Assembly (NCBI RefSeq): GCF_006345805.1
Contig: NC_042997.1
Coordinates: 62,434,001 to 62,498,000, forward strand
From: Octopus sinensis
Taxonomy: Eukaryota
Direction of reading: 5' to 3'
Length of the DNA stretch: 64,000 nucleotides
The notes beneath the pieces are model-generated. The model was given only the letters and a program-made list of their open reading frames with translations. It made no database searches and was not told the origin of the DNA. Below, piece by piece: positions 1 to 12,744 of this stretch (positions within the stretch are counted from its first letter, which is position 1; each line of letters begins with the position of its first letter). The position numbers and the translations under genes were made by a program.

Positions 1-849
1 AATTGCGATTACTGCTTTTATGAATAGCTTTAATATTTTTATTCTGTTACAATAAAAAAGTAATACCTAGCATCAGTGTTGTTTTTTAGGTAGATCCAAA
101 ACTCATCACCAGCTTGCCAGGCTTGTCGCAACTTTACCATATTACTTATTTTTACTAGATGAGTCGGCTAAAGCAACGGGAAATGAAGCGCTGTGGTCAA
201 TAACGCTGTGCTCAGGAATCGAAACCACAATTTTACTAGCATAAGTGCAACACCCTAACCACTAAGCCACGCACCTCCACTTATTCTATTGTATCCGTTG
301 TAAATGCCTCATGTCCACAACATGTATATAACCATAACCCACGCATAAATCATCTCTATTTGCCACTGATTTGTAAAATTCTTAGAGAACAGTTTCATTG
401 AGACCCAGTATTTCACAACTCACTTTTGTACGGGCTTATTAAATAGCAATAACCTACAACTTTGTATGATTCATGTGTAGACCATAGCCATCTGCTATTC
501 TGAAATGTCAGCAAAATACTACTCTCGTCAGAGGCCAATAAATATTATTATACTTTTTCATGGACAATGGTTTCACAAAATCGTCAGGCATCGGAAAAAC
601 ACCTTGCGGTATTTACTTAAAACTCTTTACTTTCTGAGTTCAAACCTGTCGTGTTCAATTCTGCCTTTTATCTTTAGGCGGTCGATAAAATCGTTTAAAG
701 GATAATGTAGGCAATGGTATACTTATCTCCTCAAATCTGTGTCCCTGTGCTAAAATTAAAAGGATCTATAATGAGCCGCTCCACTACATGGAAAATGGGT
801 GGCCCATCAGAGATATACGAGGTTCAAATGTACGTGGCTTCCGTTTGAC

Positions 850-1117
850 AGATCATAGTCACGTAATAACGTGACTGATCAGGCTATCACATGGTGTTAC
901 ACATCGCTGGTCACAATGCACTGATGCCACTCCGCTGCCTAAGCGAACAGGCCAACACCAAATCCCCACTACCACAACCACCTGATCAAAGGGGGACTGG
1001 AGCAATGTGAAATGAAGTGTTTTGGTCATGAACACAACGCACCACCCATTTAGGTAATCGAAACCACGATCTAACGATCGTGAGTGCAACAGCCCAGCCA
1101 CGAAGCCACGCGCCTTC
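850..1117 (-). mobile_element. tRNA-derived SINE
   Basis: Minus strand reads GGCGCGTGGCTTCGTGGCTGGG...GATCGTGGTTTCGATTACC (A/B-box-like head), then CAAAACACTTCATTTCACATTGCTCCAGTC, the core shared with other SINE copies in the window. Confidence 0.8.
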
Positions 1118-1840
1118 GCAATAGATCATAGCACGGACAATAAATGTGTGCTGTGAGGTGATAATTTTAATGAAAAGTTTTTTATCGGTTCGTATCAAAA
1201 TTTCTTACCATTTCTATTTTCTTTGACTGTATTTATTAATTTTAGTGGCAATCCTCTAATTAGCAACACTTCCTTTCCACCGGATCAGTTTCATCATCTT
1301 CAATTGCTGGAGGAATCTTGAACGTTTCTAGACGCCGTATTTTACTCGGCTGGGCCCTGGAGCAGAAGCTGACCTTGCTACCTAAGCAACTTCCTCAATT
1401 TCCCTCTTGCTTGGCTCGTTCATGTCAAACTACTTCGTTGTTGGCGCTGGACTTATAAGGATGTTTTTTGACGAAGTTCATGCTCCCCTTCGAGGTTATT
1501 TAAGGTATGGCAAAGGAAGGTGTTCACTCCTTAAGCCAGACAGTTCACAATATTGAAGCCAGGACGTTTCAACAAACTAGTAATTTTAACATAAGCAGTA
1601 GAGAGGTAAGGTTACTCTATTTTTCTTGTGTAATTAATTCATTTGCCTAAAGAAAAACTTGGAAAGCATGTGTGAATGTGAAAAGTATTGAACATTTCTG
1701 AGCTGAAATTCTGAATACATCAAAAGTCTCAGATTTTGTGCTTCTTATTGCAGTACTGTTCTTTATTGTTTCATATACAGATTCTGAGTAAAATTGATTT
1801 CGATTCTCCGTTTTCAGGAATTAATATAATTCTTATGTGA

Positions 1841-2170
1841 AGGCACATGACTCAGTGGCTAGAGCGTCGGGCTCACAATCATAAGGTAGTGAGTTCGAAT
1901 CCGGATCCAGGTTGTGTGTTGTGTTCTTGAGCAAGACACTTTATTTCACGTTGCTCCAGTTCGCTCAGTTGTAGAAATGAGTTGCGAAGTCACTGGTGCC
2001 AAGGTATATAGGCCTTTGACTTTCCCTTGGATAACTTTAGCAGCATGGAGTGGGGAGGCCTTGTATGTATGGGCGACTGCTGGTCTCCCATAAACAACCT
2101 TACCCTGACTTGTGCCTCAGAGGGTAACATTCTAGGTGCAATCCCATGGTCATTGGTGACCGAATGGGAT
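1841..2170 (+). mobile_element. tRNA-derived SINE
   Basis: GGCACATGACTCAGTGGCTAGAGCGTCGGGCTCACAATC...GAGTTCGAATCC head plus TTGAGCAAGACACTTTATTTCACGTTGCTCCAG core. Related copies at ~11085-11320, ~13040-13240(-), ~20640-20950, ~32378-32590, ~43745-43965(-). Confidence 0.85.
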
Positions 2171-2804
2171 CTATTTCATTTATAATTTTCTTATTCTACT
2201 GTACGAATAAAATAATGGAATAGAGGCCGGAGAAACATACAAAACACAAACATGCGTGACTCCTAGCACGGTGCTAATAATATAGAATTGTGAGCCTTGA
2301 GAAGAAAAATTCAAAGAAATTTCTAAATTTAATTTTTGTCGACTAGACTTACCTACAATAATGTTTTACTTGAGTGAAATGTATAATCTTAGGAATTAAA
2401 TATATTTGGAAAATATAACTAAAACTTCGACATAGAAACCATAGTTTCATTATCGCTAGCATTATCGTTCAATTTGTAAACAGCAATAATTATAATTAAA
2501 CTGACTTAAATTAAATTCATGAAAAAAAGGAAAGGATGAAAAGAAAAGAAAAGAAAAGTAAGCAACGCGTCATCTGGTAAAAATTAACCGGCCAGCTGTT
2601 TTCAATGCAGTACAATGGATGATTGAGTATATAGAGCAGAGGTGGGAATACTAACTGTAATCGATAGCCACACCCATCTACTCGACTAAATCGTTAAAAG
2701 TATACGTTCACATGACCTAAATCTAATCAGAGGAACTAGTGATAAATAAAAGAATATTTGCATGCGCAAAAAGGCAAACATACACGCGCACGCGCGTAGA
2801 TGGA

Positions 2805-2850
<46 letters not shown>

Positions 2851-2861
<11 letters not shown>

Positions 2862-3040
2862 ATGCACATTAAGTATTGGACAATTACCAAAAAAGTACAC
2901 ATTAATTAAGTACAGGATCTCACTAACGAGTGAAAAATACGGTCCTGTACTTATCTCTGTGTGTTTACGTATTTTTCACTCGCTGGTGATATCCTGTACT
3001 TTATGTGTATTTTTAATTATTTTTAATTATTTATAATTGA
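2851..3040. mobile_element. Small fold-back (MITE-like) element
   Basis: Imperfect inverted arms, e.g. AAGTACAGGATCTCACTAACGAGTGAAAAATAC vs GTATTTTTCACTCGCTGGTGATATCCTGTACTT, next to (TA)n. Confidence 0.6.
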
Positions 3041-3091
3041 ACGTCACGATTGAAAAGATTCCACCATGAAGCCTTTGCTAAAAGTAAGTTT

Positions 3092-3134
<43 letters not shown>

Positions 3135-3223
3135 CATTTATATACATAGGTATTTATATACATGTATGTATATATGTATGTATGAATGTATGTAGGTAGG
3201 TAGGTAGGTAGGTATGTGCGTGC

Positions 3224-3268
<45 letters not shown>

Positions 3269-3699
3269 TGTTTGTATGCGTGCATGCATGCATGTATTAA
3301 CAACGTCAACGTTCAGAAGTGAATGAATGCTATTTACGCATCTGCTACCAAAGTGTATCAAAGACATGTTGTAGTAAAGCCTGCCTTCTTTTTACACAAA
3401 ATTTTGTGTCAAATTTTTCCATCCTGTAAAATAGAAATATCACAAAAGGAAGATCTCTTAATCTATGACAGATAGTGTAAACGTGTATCATATAAAATCT
3501 AATCCTAAGTTATCCGATTTGTCAACCCAAAGTCATCCACCCATTACTAGATACCTCACCTACAAAACAACTTATCACAAGCATGCAAACCTCTGAGAAA
3601 ACAGTACAACAATGCTTTCTTCATCTTCATGGTCAGCAAAATAGTGTATGCTTCAAATAATTTTTTTCTTCTGGTGGTCATCGAGCTCACATTAGAAGA

Positions 3700-4900
3700 T
3701 TTATTGCGGCTTTCAAGGATTTGGATTCAAACTCTGCACCAAAAAAGAAACGGTCTCCCAGCCAAACTGCTAAAAGTGTGCAAAATTTGTCTTGCCATTA
3801 AATATTCTAGTACAAAACCCTCTAGCAGAGTCACGGATAACCCGCGACCCATTGACTTTTTGAATGTCACGCCTAACGAAAAATTACCGTGAATACTTTA
3901 GTAGTGCGGCTCACTTCTCGAAATCAGTTGCTCATACCTGGACCAGAGAAAAACATCTAGCTCTACTGAAAGGAGACGCAGTAACAAAGGCTGTTGTAGG
4001 GCTGAAGCTAAAACTTATAAACCAGATTCTTTTGCAATCGTCACATCTATGATAGAAGAAAATATTGTTCGAAAAAAAATAAACCACTACTCAAGAAAAA
4101 CAATCACTTAGATGACATACAGCATGGTTTTCGGGCAGGAAGAATTTGCCTGACATAACTCTTACAACTGTCCTTAATAATACCTCACAAGAGAATGGAA
4201 ATTAACTCCATAGAGTTACTAAATCTATTGTTTACTAAATCTAGAGTTTACTAAATCTATTGACAAGAGGGATTACAGAATCATACCGAAAATAATAGTT
4301 TCCTTTTTTTATTTTTACAGGCTACAAATCAATCTGTTACTACCAATATTCTTTACTGTCAAGCAATTTGTAATAAGCGGTGTATTTCAAGGCATGCTAT
4401 TAGGTCTACAACTACGCTCTCTCAATCTAATAGTGAGTTATGCCGATGATACAAAAATATTGATTGCGGTTGTAACTGTAGAAGATACAGACACATTTCA
4501 GAAGGAACTAGACTGATCTGTCGACGGGCAGGTGAAAGGAATAGGAAATTTAACCATTGAAATTTCAATTTTTTAAACACAGAAAGGATAGGATCAGTAC
4601 GAATTATTTAATTCCACACAGTAAAGCAATTCAATATTCCGAGACAATACGGGACTTAGGAATAATTATATCAAATGATGCATCTTCCCTAAGAGATATC
4701 GCTAAGCTGACCTCTGAATGCAAATGTCTTACAGGATGGGCTCTACGAAACTACGTCATAACAGAACTAGTTATGTTAATTTTATGGAAAACCCTACTTT
4801 TGAGCAGATTAAATTACTGTCCACTGGCTTTGTTTTCAAGCAAGCCTAGTAAAACATAATCTTATATAAGAAGATGGTGGGTTACAGAGAACGATTAGAA
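3700..4900 (+). mobile_element. Highly decayed CR1/L2-group LINE reverse transcriptase remnant
   Basis: Fragmented motifs GLPAKLLK, QHGFRAGR, SGVFQG, SYADDTK, DLGIIISND, LWKTLLLSRLNYCP, with many stops and frameshifts. Confidence 0.8.
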
Positions 4901-4947
4901 GTAAAATAACTTCAGATAAAAACTCAATTATTGTGAACATTTCAAAT

Positions 4948-5011
4948 CTTGCCCAAGGTGTCATGGAGAGGGACTGAACCCAGAATCATGTGGTCGGGAA
5001 GCAGGCTTCTT
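4948..5011 (-). mobile_element. SINE family A fragment (downstream half of the target site of the adjacent ORF1-only element)
   Basis: Minus strand AAGAAGCCTGCTTCCCGACCACATGATTCTGGGTTCAGTCCC...CACCTTGGGCAAG matches the uninterrupted copies at 13345-13720 and 18340-18490. Confidence 0.85.
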
Positions 5012-6420
5012 TATTTTATGAAACTGGCCATGAAGGCCTTACATAGAGGGGACAGCAGAAGGTGGGGACAAAAAAACAAAACGAATAAAAATAATGAATT
5101 TATATAATGAATGATGAAAATGAAGCTGAGCAACTTCATTGAACCTGTTAATACAACCTTTTTTATATAACTAGTTTATAATGCTTTTTTTGCGACCATC
5201 CTTCCGAAGAGTGTTTATATTTTTTAAATTATCCTGAAAACTTACTTGTTTCGGCATTGAGCTGGTGTCCAGTTTCTTGACCCACTACTGATAGTCGTGA
5301 TTTTCCTCATAGTCCTTCAATTCCGACATATATTCTGGGTCTGCCACTACACAATAAATGTTGTAGGACACCCCTCCACCCCTGATACATCCACTTTTAT
5401 AGCATTGTCCCACAAGTCTATATTCTCCACTACACAATATAGCATGTTATTCAAGGGCGAAGGTGGGGAAATTTGGGGCTCCTGTGTGCTCATGTTTGTC
5501 TTCATGTCAGGTGGGCATGGAGAGAGTTGGTATCTGTAAGGAGTGGTTGGGGTAGAGTGGGTGTGAGGTGTGGGAGTCATCCTTTACTACATGTGTCCTC
5601 CTTTTTCTTTTCTTCTTCTCCGCTATCTCCCAGCTGTCGTTTGACTCCTCTTATTCGATGCTAGCGGTTGTCTTTATCTGTAGTGCCATATCGTTTTCCT
5701 CCATGGGCTGTAGAGCACCTACCACCACTTTCTCGCTCTCCTTAGCTTTTTCGTGTGGTGGAGTGCACTCCACTCTAATGTGGCACTTCAGGCGACAATT
5801 ATAACACTGCGGAATCCTTCCCTCCACTCTAATTTTCAAGGTAGTTTCTCCGACTGAGATGTTTTCTATCCTCTTTTCCAAATCCTCCTCCGCGACCTGT
5901 ACCACTATTTCAAGGGTTTATCCTTTCCAATTCCTATGGGGCGATCCGGTGGCCTGCAGGCCCACCACCTTCTCCATGCCCAGCAGTATGGCAGCCATCA
6001 GGCAGGCCACATTCACTTCTGGTGGTATGTCTTCCCTGAAAGTACATCTCCCAAGGTACACAGGCAGAAGTGCACTTCACCTGTCTTCAGTGGTGTGGCT
6101 GAGTGCAGTCTGGCAGTTGCTATTTCTCTAAACTGCACCTCCACCGTTCCATATTTCCGTCCCTTGGAAAGGTATGATATTTTCTGCCATACTGGCCTTA
6201 GTACCTTTTCCACCTGTGCCTCCGATACCACTTCAGTTTGCCTTGTTTCCATTGCGTAGGTTCTGTAGACAATTGTCCTTTCTTCCTTATCCTTTAATAC
6301 TTCTTTGGCGGAGGGAACACCTTCACATCGTTCCGCTCTTTTTCAAGCATTTCCTTAAATTTGCTCAACTCCTCCAGATTAATTTCCTCGATTTTTCCTT
6401 TAGCCACCGCTGGAATTAAT
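5010..6420 (-). mobile_element. ORF1-only (HAL1-like) Tx1/L1-type retroelement, 5'-truncated and frameshifted
   Basis: ORF pieces ISYLSKGRKYGTVEVQF... and VEGRIPQCYNCRLKCHIRVEC (CX2CX4HX4C knuckle), homologous to the ORF at 14523-15765. No endonuclease or RT seen between ORF1 and the 3' end (AATAAA at 5015-5010). Confidence 0.8.
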
Positions 6421-6428
6421 TTAGTTTC

Positions 6429-9377
6429 CACAAGATGGTTACCTGTATACTGACGGTAGATAAGTTGCATAGTCAGGGATCTGGCTACTGGAAACTCAAT
6501 ACGTCCCTTTTGGCGATTGAGGAGTACAGAAAGTGAATCAAAATGTTAATACAGAGGGCATTAACAGGTACCATCATTAATAACAAATGGTGGTACGCAC
6601 TAAAAAGAGCCATCAAATATGAGTCTATTAGGTTTAGCATAAGTTTAGCTAAGAAGGGACGTAGAATAGGAGATGGTGTAGTTAAGGAACTAGAAGAAGC
6701 CTGGAGGACTGGTAATGCAGACCAAGCGAGGGTGAAAAGACTGGAGTTAAACCAGCATCTTGAAGCTCAACACATGAGAAGTATTGCCAGAGTTAAGTTA
6801 CGTGTGATGGAAAGTGAAGAAATCAATGCCGCTGGATGAGCCCGAGTGGTGGAAGCTTGGCAAGGAAATAGTTCCACTATTAAGTCTTTGACGAATAAAA
6901 ATGGTGTCTTGGTAAACGAACCCGAGAAAATGTGTGAGGCCTTTAGGGAGTATTTCGCCCAGCTGTTCAGGGGTGACAGCGGTCCTGGTGGTGGGAGAGC
7001 CCTTGAGGACTTTCTTGCCGGGCTGCCGTGTCTCTCGGGGTCGGATGCGGAGTCTTGCGAAGAGCCAGTCAGGCCTGTGGAGGTGATGGCGGCTTTGGCC
7101 GACTGTAAAGCGGCTAAGTCGCTGGGACTTGATGGTCTTCCGTACGAGTTGTATAAATGTATGCCAGACTTGTTCGGGCAACTACTGGCTGGCGTGTACG
7201 TGAACTGGCAGCAGAATGGGTTTATCTCCGGATTTCTGCGCCGGGGAGTAGTGACGTTTGTCAGAAAGGACCCGGACAAGGGGGACGTTATAGAAAATTT
7301 TTGGCCCATCACTCTGTTAAACACAGAAGTGAAGATTTTGACCAAGGTCTTTGCAAAAAGGTTGGCGCGTGTCGCGAATGGTATAGTCGGGTAGGCACAG
7401 ACATGTGCCATCCCAGGCAGAACCATTCAGGATACCCTCCATCTTCTTCGCTATACCATAGAGAGGGTTGGTAATAAATCTGGCAAAGGCGGGGCATTGG
7501 TACATTTAGACCAGTTTAAAGCTTTTAATAGGGTTGACCATCGATACCTGGCGACTGTACTTGCGCGGTTCGGCCTGGGCCTTGGCTTCCTCAGGTGGTC
7601 TATCGCTTTGTACCACAACATTGACTCGATAGTTCGGGTGAACGGTTTCCTTTTGAAGCCGTTCTGCATCAGATGCTCGGTTCGTCAAGGATGTCCCCTC
7701 TCACCACTTTTGTATGTGATGGCTCCCGAGCCCCTACTGCGAAGGTTGAGTGGCATCCCGAGAGAACCAGGTCTAGAGGAGTTTGATACGGCTTACGCGG
7801 ATGATATCACTATCAGCGTAACCTCGGTAGCACGCCTACGTGAAGTGGGTAAGACTATGAAGGCTTACGAGAGGTGGCAGTAGCAAAGATTAACCGGGAA
7901 AAGTCGGTCGGCTTGCAGCTCGGCACCTGGGTTGGCAAGTCGATGCCTTCAGACAGTGTTGTTGGGCGCTGGACGGAGGGACCGATTAAATTGCTGGGAG
8001 TTTGGTTTGGGCCAGGCCTCTAGATAGAGAGGAACTGGACAGAGGTATTGAGCAGGTTGGCTGCAGTAGTCAAGATTTGGTCTTGGCGGTGGCTATCCCT
8101 GGAAGGGAGGTGGCCAATGTGTTTATCGCATCGGTCATTACCTACCGTCTGACCGTCGTGCCTTGTCCGGATTCGTGGTTGATCAGGTTGGAGAGACAGC
8201 TCTTTCGCTTTTTGTGGAAGGGCAGGTCGCCACTTGTAAAACGCTCTGTCTGCTGCCAAAAGCCTTTAAAGGGAGGTTTAGGGATGCCTTGGTTAAAGAT
8301 GCGCAGACATGCGTTGAGGTCGAAGCACCTCTGAATTCTCCTGGATAGTGAACGGGTGTGGTCTCCGCTGGCCAGCCAAATGTTCCCCGAGTTCAAAAGT
8401 TTTTGCGAACAGGAAGTTTGGTGTTCTCGTAGACCGAGGTCGAGTGAGTGGCATAAAGAGTGCCGTAAGGCCCTCTTGCTATTCCGGCGCTCAGGCAACG
8501 CTAGCGGTGGGGGTTCCACACGGATTTTATATAGTGGATTGGTAGAGTCTGAATGCGACGATGGCCTGGGGGCGACTCTAGGTCTCGGGTTTATTCAACT
8601 GGACAGCCTGTTTCACCGTACATTCGGGTTGAGAACGTTGGACAACTTCCCAAAATCCTTAATCTGGCAATGCTACAGAGGTGCCTTGCCCATTTGGGAT
8701 AAGCTCGTAAGACACGGTAAGCTTCAGTCGCCGATCTGTCCAAGATGCGGGGAGGACAGGGAAACCGTCCCACACACAATTGTTCATTGTCCGGAGATAA
8801 CTGAAATGTGGGCTTATGCTGAACACCTGTTGTCCGGCGAAGGAAGAGTACAGCTGTCGACTGAGTCAATTATAAAAATTGACCCACCGGGAGTTTTAAC
8901 GACGAAGGTAAGAATTGTTTTCTCTCGGTTGTAGCAATAGCGAAAGAGGCAGTATGGAAGACTAGGATAAAAGCAATTAAGATAGGCAGCTTTATCTCTG
9001 GCCACAATTTTCGATCATTTTTTTTCTTTTCATTTGATAAGGAAGCTGTGGCTGGAGAAGAGATGTCTGTCGGAGTGTACATTCCAAAAGAGATGGAAGC
9101 ATGTTGCACGAGTGTTGTGCGTGCAAGGAACCGTGTGAATAGACGGGAAAAAAAGGAAAAAAAATAGGTGCCAGCGGTAGATCGGGGCTTGTGGGGTCGG
9201 AGCGTGGCCTGATCATCGCTTCATTTGTATTGTCTTTGTATTGTTAATTCCATTCGATTTTTTTATATTGTATTTAAATTTTTTAAGTCACATTATACGT
9301 AAAATCATATCGCTTTACTGATCCCATCAGTTGTTCTGTCCATTTCTATGTTTGGCCCCCGGTGGGCAATAAAGAAC
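6429..9377 (+). mobile_element. Tx1/L1-clade LINE ORF2, 5'-truncated pseudogene with intact 3' end
   Basis: Starts at the end of the APE domain (HKMV...GSGYWKLNTSLL). RT motifs KSLGLDGLPYELY, WPITLLNTEVKIL, LDQFKAFNRVDH, VRQGCPLSPLLY, AYADDI, GGLGMP; C-terminal CPRCGEDRETVPHTIVHCP; 3' UTR ending GGGCAATAAAGAA. Several stops and frameshifts. Confidence 0.95.
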
Positions 9378-9379
9378 TT

Positions 9380-9563
9380 GGTATTTCGTCTGCTGTTATG
9401 TTCTGAGTTTAAATTCCGCTGAGGTCAACTTTGCCTTTCATCCTTTCGGGGTCGATTAAATAAGTACCAGTTAATCACTGGGGTCGTTGTAATTGACTTA
9501 ATATCCTTTTCTGTCCTTGTTTGTCCCCTCTATGTTTAGTCCCCCTGTGGGCAATAAAGAAAT
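9380..9563 (+). mobile_element. SINE family B 3' part carrying a LINE-like tail
   Basis: GGTATTTCGTCTGC...GAGTTTAAATTCC...CCTTTCATCCTTTCGGGGTCGAT...CCCCTCTATGTTTAGTCCCCCTGTGGGCAATAAAGAAATA. Same family as 21017-21700. Confidence 0.85.
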
Positions 9564-11322
9564 ATTTGCGTGTGAAGTATTTATGTTGACAATTAAAAAG
9601 AATAAAAAAGAAGCAAATGTGTTGCTATAAATGAACGTCATAACGTTCATTTATAGGGTTATAACGTTCGTTTATAAGCTTATAACGTCCGTTTATAACA
9701 ATCGTTTATGTAACAAAGAGAAATATTTTCATTCTCCCCATGTCTTTTGTTGAAATTATTCAGCCACTCTTCTCGTGCTAGTTAATCTAAATCAATTTAG
9801 TAGTGATCGGGTAAATCACAACCGCAAAATAATTCAGGGGAAATAACTCCGCACAGTATAAATCACATTTATCGTTCATTACTTAATCAAATGTAGGTCA
9901 ATTAATAAATGTTCACAAATGTATGTCACAACTTGGTCTACCAGCCGTTACTAAAAAATCAATAGAGTGCTGAAAATTAAATTATAGTTCTATTCTGTTC
10001 GTTATTAATGTTGGTATTTAAAACTGAATATCAGCTTTTGTGTTTTTGATTATTTTTTGTTTGTTTCTTTTTATAACCAGGATTGGATTTCATTGAATAT
10101 TTTAAATGCTCATATGATTAAGAAGTTCGATTCACAACCACGTTGACGTAGGTTCAATCTCGCTGTGTTCCATTATAGAGAAGTATATTTCACTATAGTC
10201 TAGTGTTAACCCAAGCCATTTGAGTGAAACTGAACGGGACGAAAACAGTTTTATCGGTTGAAGAAACGCTATTTATATGTTGCATGAAATAAAATTCTTA
10301 TACTCAAATTATATAAGGGAACCTCTATACAATGTTTCGACTTGGTCAAAATAGCAGCCAGATCTCCCTCAAACTTCACGCTACCAACTTAAATAAGGAA
10401 AAGATATATTAGATTATATTAGTTCCACATAAACATAAAACTACGAATGATCACGGCTTGGATGGCTATTAAAAGAGGTCTGTATTATCAGAATTCATCC
10501 GGTGTTAAGTATCAACATTTTATTCCCTTGTTTCTGAAGTTTAAAATTATCAATTTGAGATATGATAAAAAAAAGCCTCATAATTATTACCACATTGTAG
10601 TATAAAGAATACATAGAATATCAGAATTTTCCATTTTAGACGTCTACGATGCACATATTTTCAAATAAATCTATTACAATTATTTTGTATGCTTTTCTTG
10701 CATCCTAGTAAATTTTTCGTTATAGATCAGTGCGGGATAAGCAAGTGCAATACTTGGTTGGTTACTCATGTGGAATACTTTTGACTATTCAATATTATTT
10801 CATAATATTGTAGGTGAAGTATTTACATGTTAATAGCTTTTGTAGACACCAGCTTAACTTTATCAGTAAATTTTGGAAGAACAATGGACTAGGATAGGTT
10901 CAGACACACCAACTATACAGCTACTGCCGTGGTAGTCTAGTAGACATCTACAGTATAATGCACCTCCACCCATATGACTTGTTGCTATGGAACACCTAAT
11001 CGGTATTGCATGACCCTCGTCTCTCCAGAGATTTTCCATTCTTTATAACAGGTTTTGTTTTTCATCTTGCAAACTGTTCGAAGTGAAGCAACGTAGCCTA
11101 GTAGTTAGAATGTTGCAAGATCGTAGTTTTGAGTCTAGGACTGGGTGGTGTTTTGTATTCTTGAGCAAAACACTTCATTTTACATTGGTCCAGTCCACTC
11201 AGATGTAAATGAATTGTGACGGACTGGTGTCCCGATCAGGAGGAATATTGTAATCTCGGTCACCTGTACGCCATGGAAACGGGGTAAACGGTCCTATGAC
11301 TCCTAGGACTCGAGACAGTACT

Positions 11323-11542
11323 TACGAAGAGGTGCTGAAAAGTTCCTGACTTCAAGGGTATCGCGAAAGGTCTGGTTAGAGGCCCAAACTTCTGAGTTCT
11401 TTTACAAGGCTTAGAAAAACTGAAGGACCACTGCAATAAGTGTGGGAATCTGAGAGGGGGATATGTTGAATAAAATCATAATTAACTGATCCTCCAGTAT
11501 TTTCGTTTACTCATATCCAGGAACTTTTCAGCATCCCCTCGT
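11323..11542. mobile_element. Mariner-type MITE
   Basis: Terminal inverted repeats CGAAGAGGTGCTGAAAAGTTCCTG / CAGGAACTTTTCAGCATCCCCTCG. A partial relative lies at ~31000-31140 and its mirror at ~45283-45415. Confidence 0.75.
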
Positions 11543-12744
11543 GCTATAAAGTGTACAATAGTCACCCTCATTACGAAGCAAACTTGCTGTGTTTACCGGA
11601 TTAGATGTCGTCCGTTCGATCAAGCATAAGGTTTGTTGATTTACATTATTATCAGCAACAGATTTCTTATTACACCGTGTAACAATTTTTTTTTTTTTTT
11701 GTTCGTTTTGGTAAGTGTTACTTCCTATTTGCTTTTATCTACGAATAAAAGGAAATTACTACAATTCCCTTCAAACTTTGTTTTTCTGACCTGGGTATCA
11801 ATGTCTTGAAACTTACCTACTTTCCATTACATTTCAGACAGATTCAGAGCTGAGTTGCTGAAGCAGAAATATCATTATAGCAAATACTCTGCTCAACACC
11901 ACAGATCTGCTTGTCAGTTGCTTGACCTTAGCCACTTGAGTATGTCCCTTAGTAGCTAACCTGCATCTCTGATGATGAGCAGGTGTAGTGGTGAGCATCA
12001 GAGCCATGTGTTAACAGGGATTCTTTGGGGTTTTAATAAGGACAAAATTCGAAGGAAATATTTAACATATTTCATTCTTTCTATAGGAAATAACAGTTGC
12101 TACCCACGGACAAAAATCGTTTTACACAATGTTATGAAATCAATAGCCTGACAATGGTGTGGCAACGGGGTCTGAGTGCAGTGTTTTAGAATCCTGTAAA
12201 AGCGAGAATGAACGAAAACAGAAATGAGAAGAGAGGAAAGAGAGAAGGGGGAAGAGAAACGGAGAGAATAAAGAGAAAGAGAGAAGGGGGAAGAGAAACG
12301 GAGAGAATAAAGAGTAAGAGGGAGGGGGAATTTTAAAGTAAATGTTTTAAGATGGAAGTTTTTTGAGTTAGTGCACGGACATGGTTAAATCGTACGAGAG
12401 TAATAGAATAAAAGAGAATTGACGACAAAAATTGCGATGACTGCCTACATGGTAAACAAAACGATAAGTGTTTAATAAAAAACAGTTAGTAGAATTGACG
12501 TCAAAGTTAGATAGTAGGAAGAGAAGGGTTAAAGGAATAATAAGTAGGGAACAAGTAGAGAGGGAGGGGTGCGTTGATTAAAAGAATGTTCAAAGGCTTA
12601 GGAAAGAATTTCGCTATTGAAGTGGAGTGCACGTTAAACTAATTGTTCAAACTATAATGACCATCGAAATCATTTATGAGGAAAATTTTTGTTTCTGCCA
12701 GTGTTTACATTTGTACGATTTCGCAATTTTTGTTTTGTCTTGTT

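Noticed and set aside
6767-7426. 219-aa minus-strand ORF
   Set aside because: Antisense shadow of LINE ORF2 with no independent motifs.
5010-9377. Single L1/Tx1 element with a twin-priming 5' inversion
   Set aside because: The inverted ORF1 part has its own 3' tail and SINE junction, so it is a separate element.
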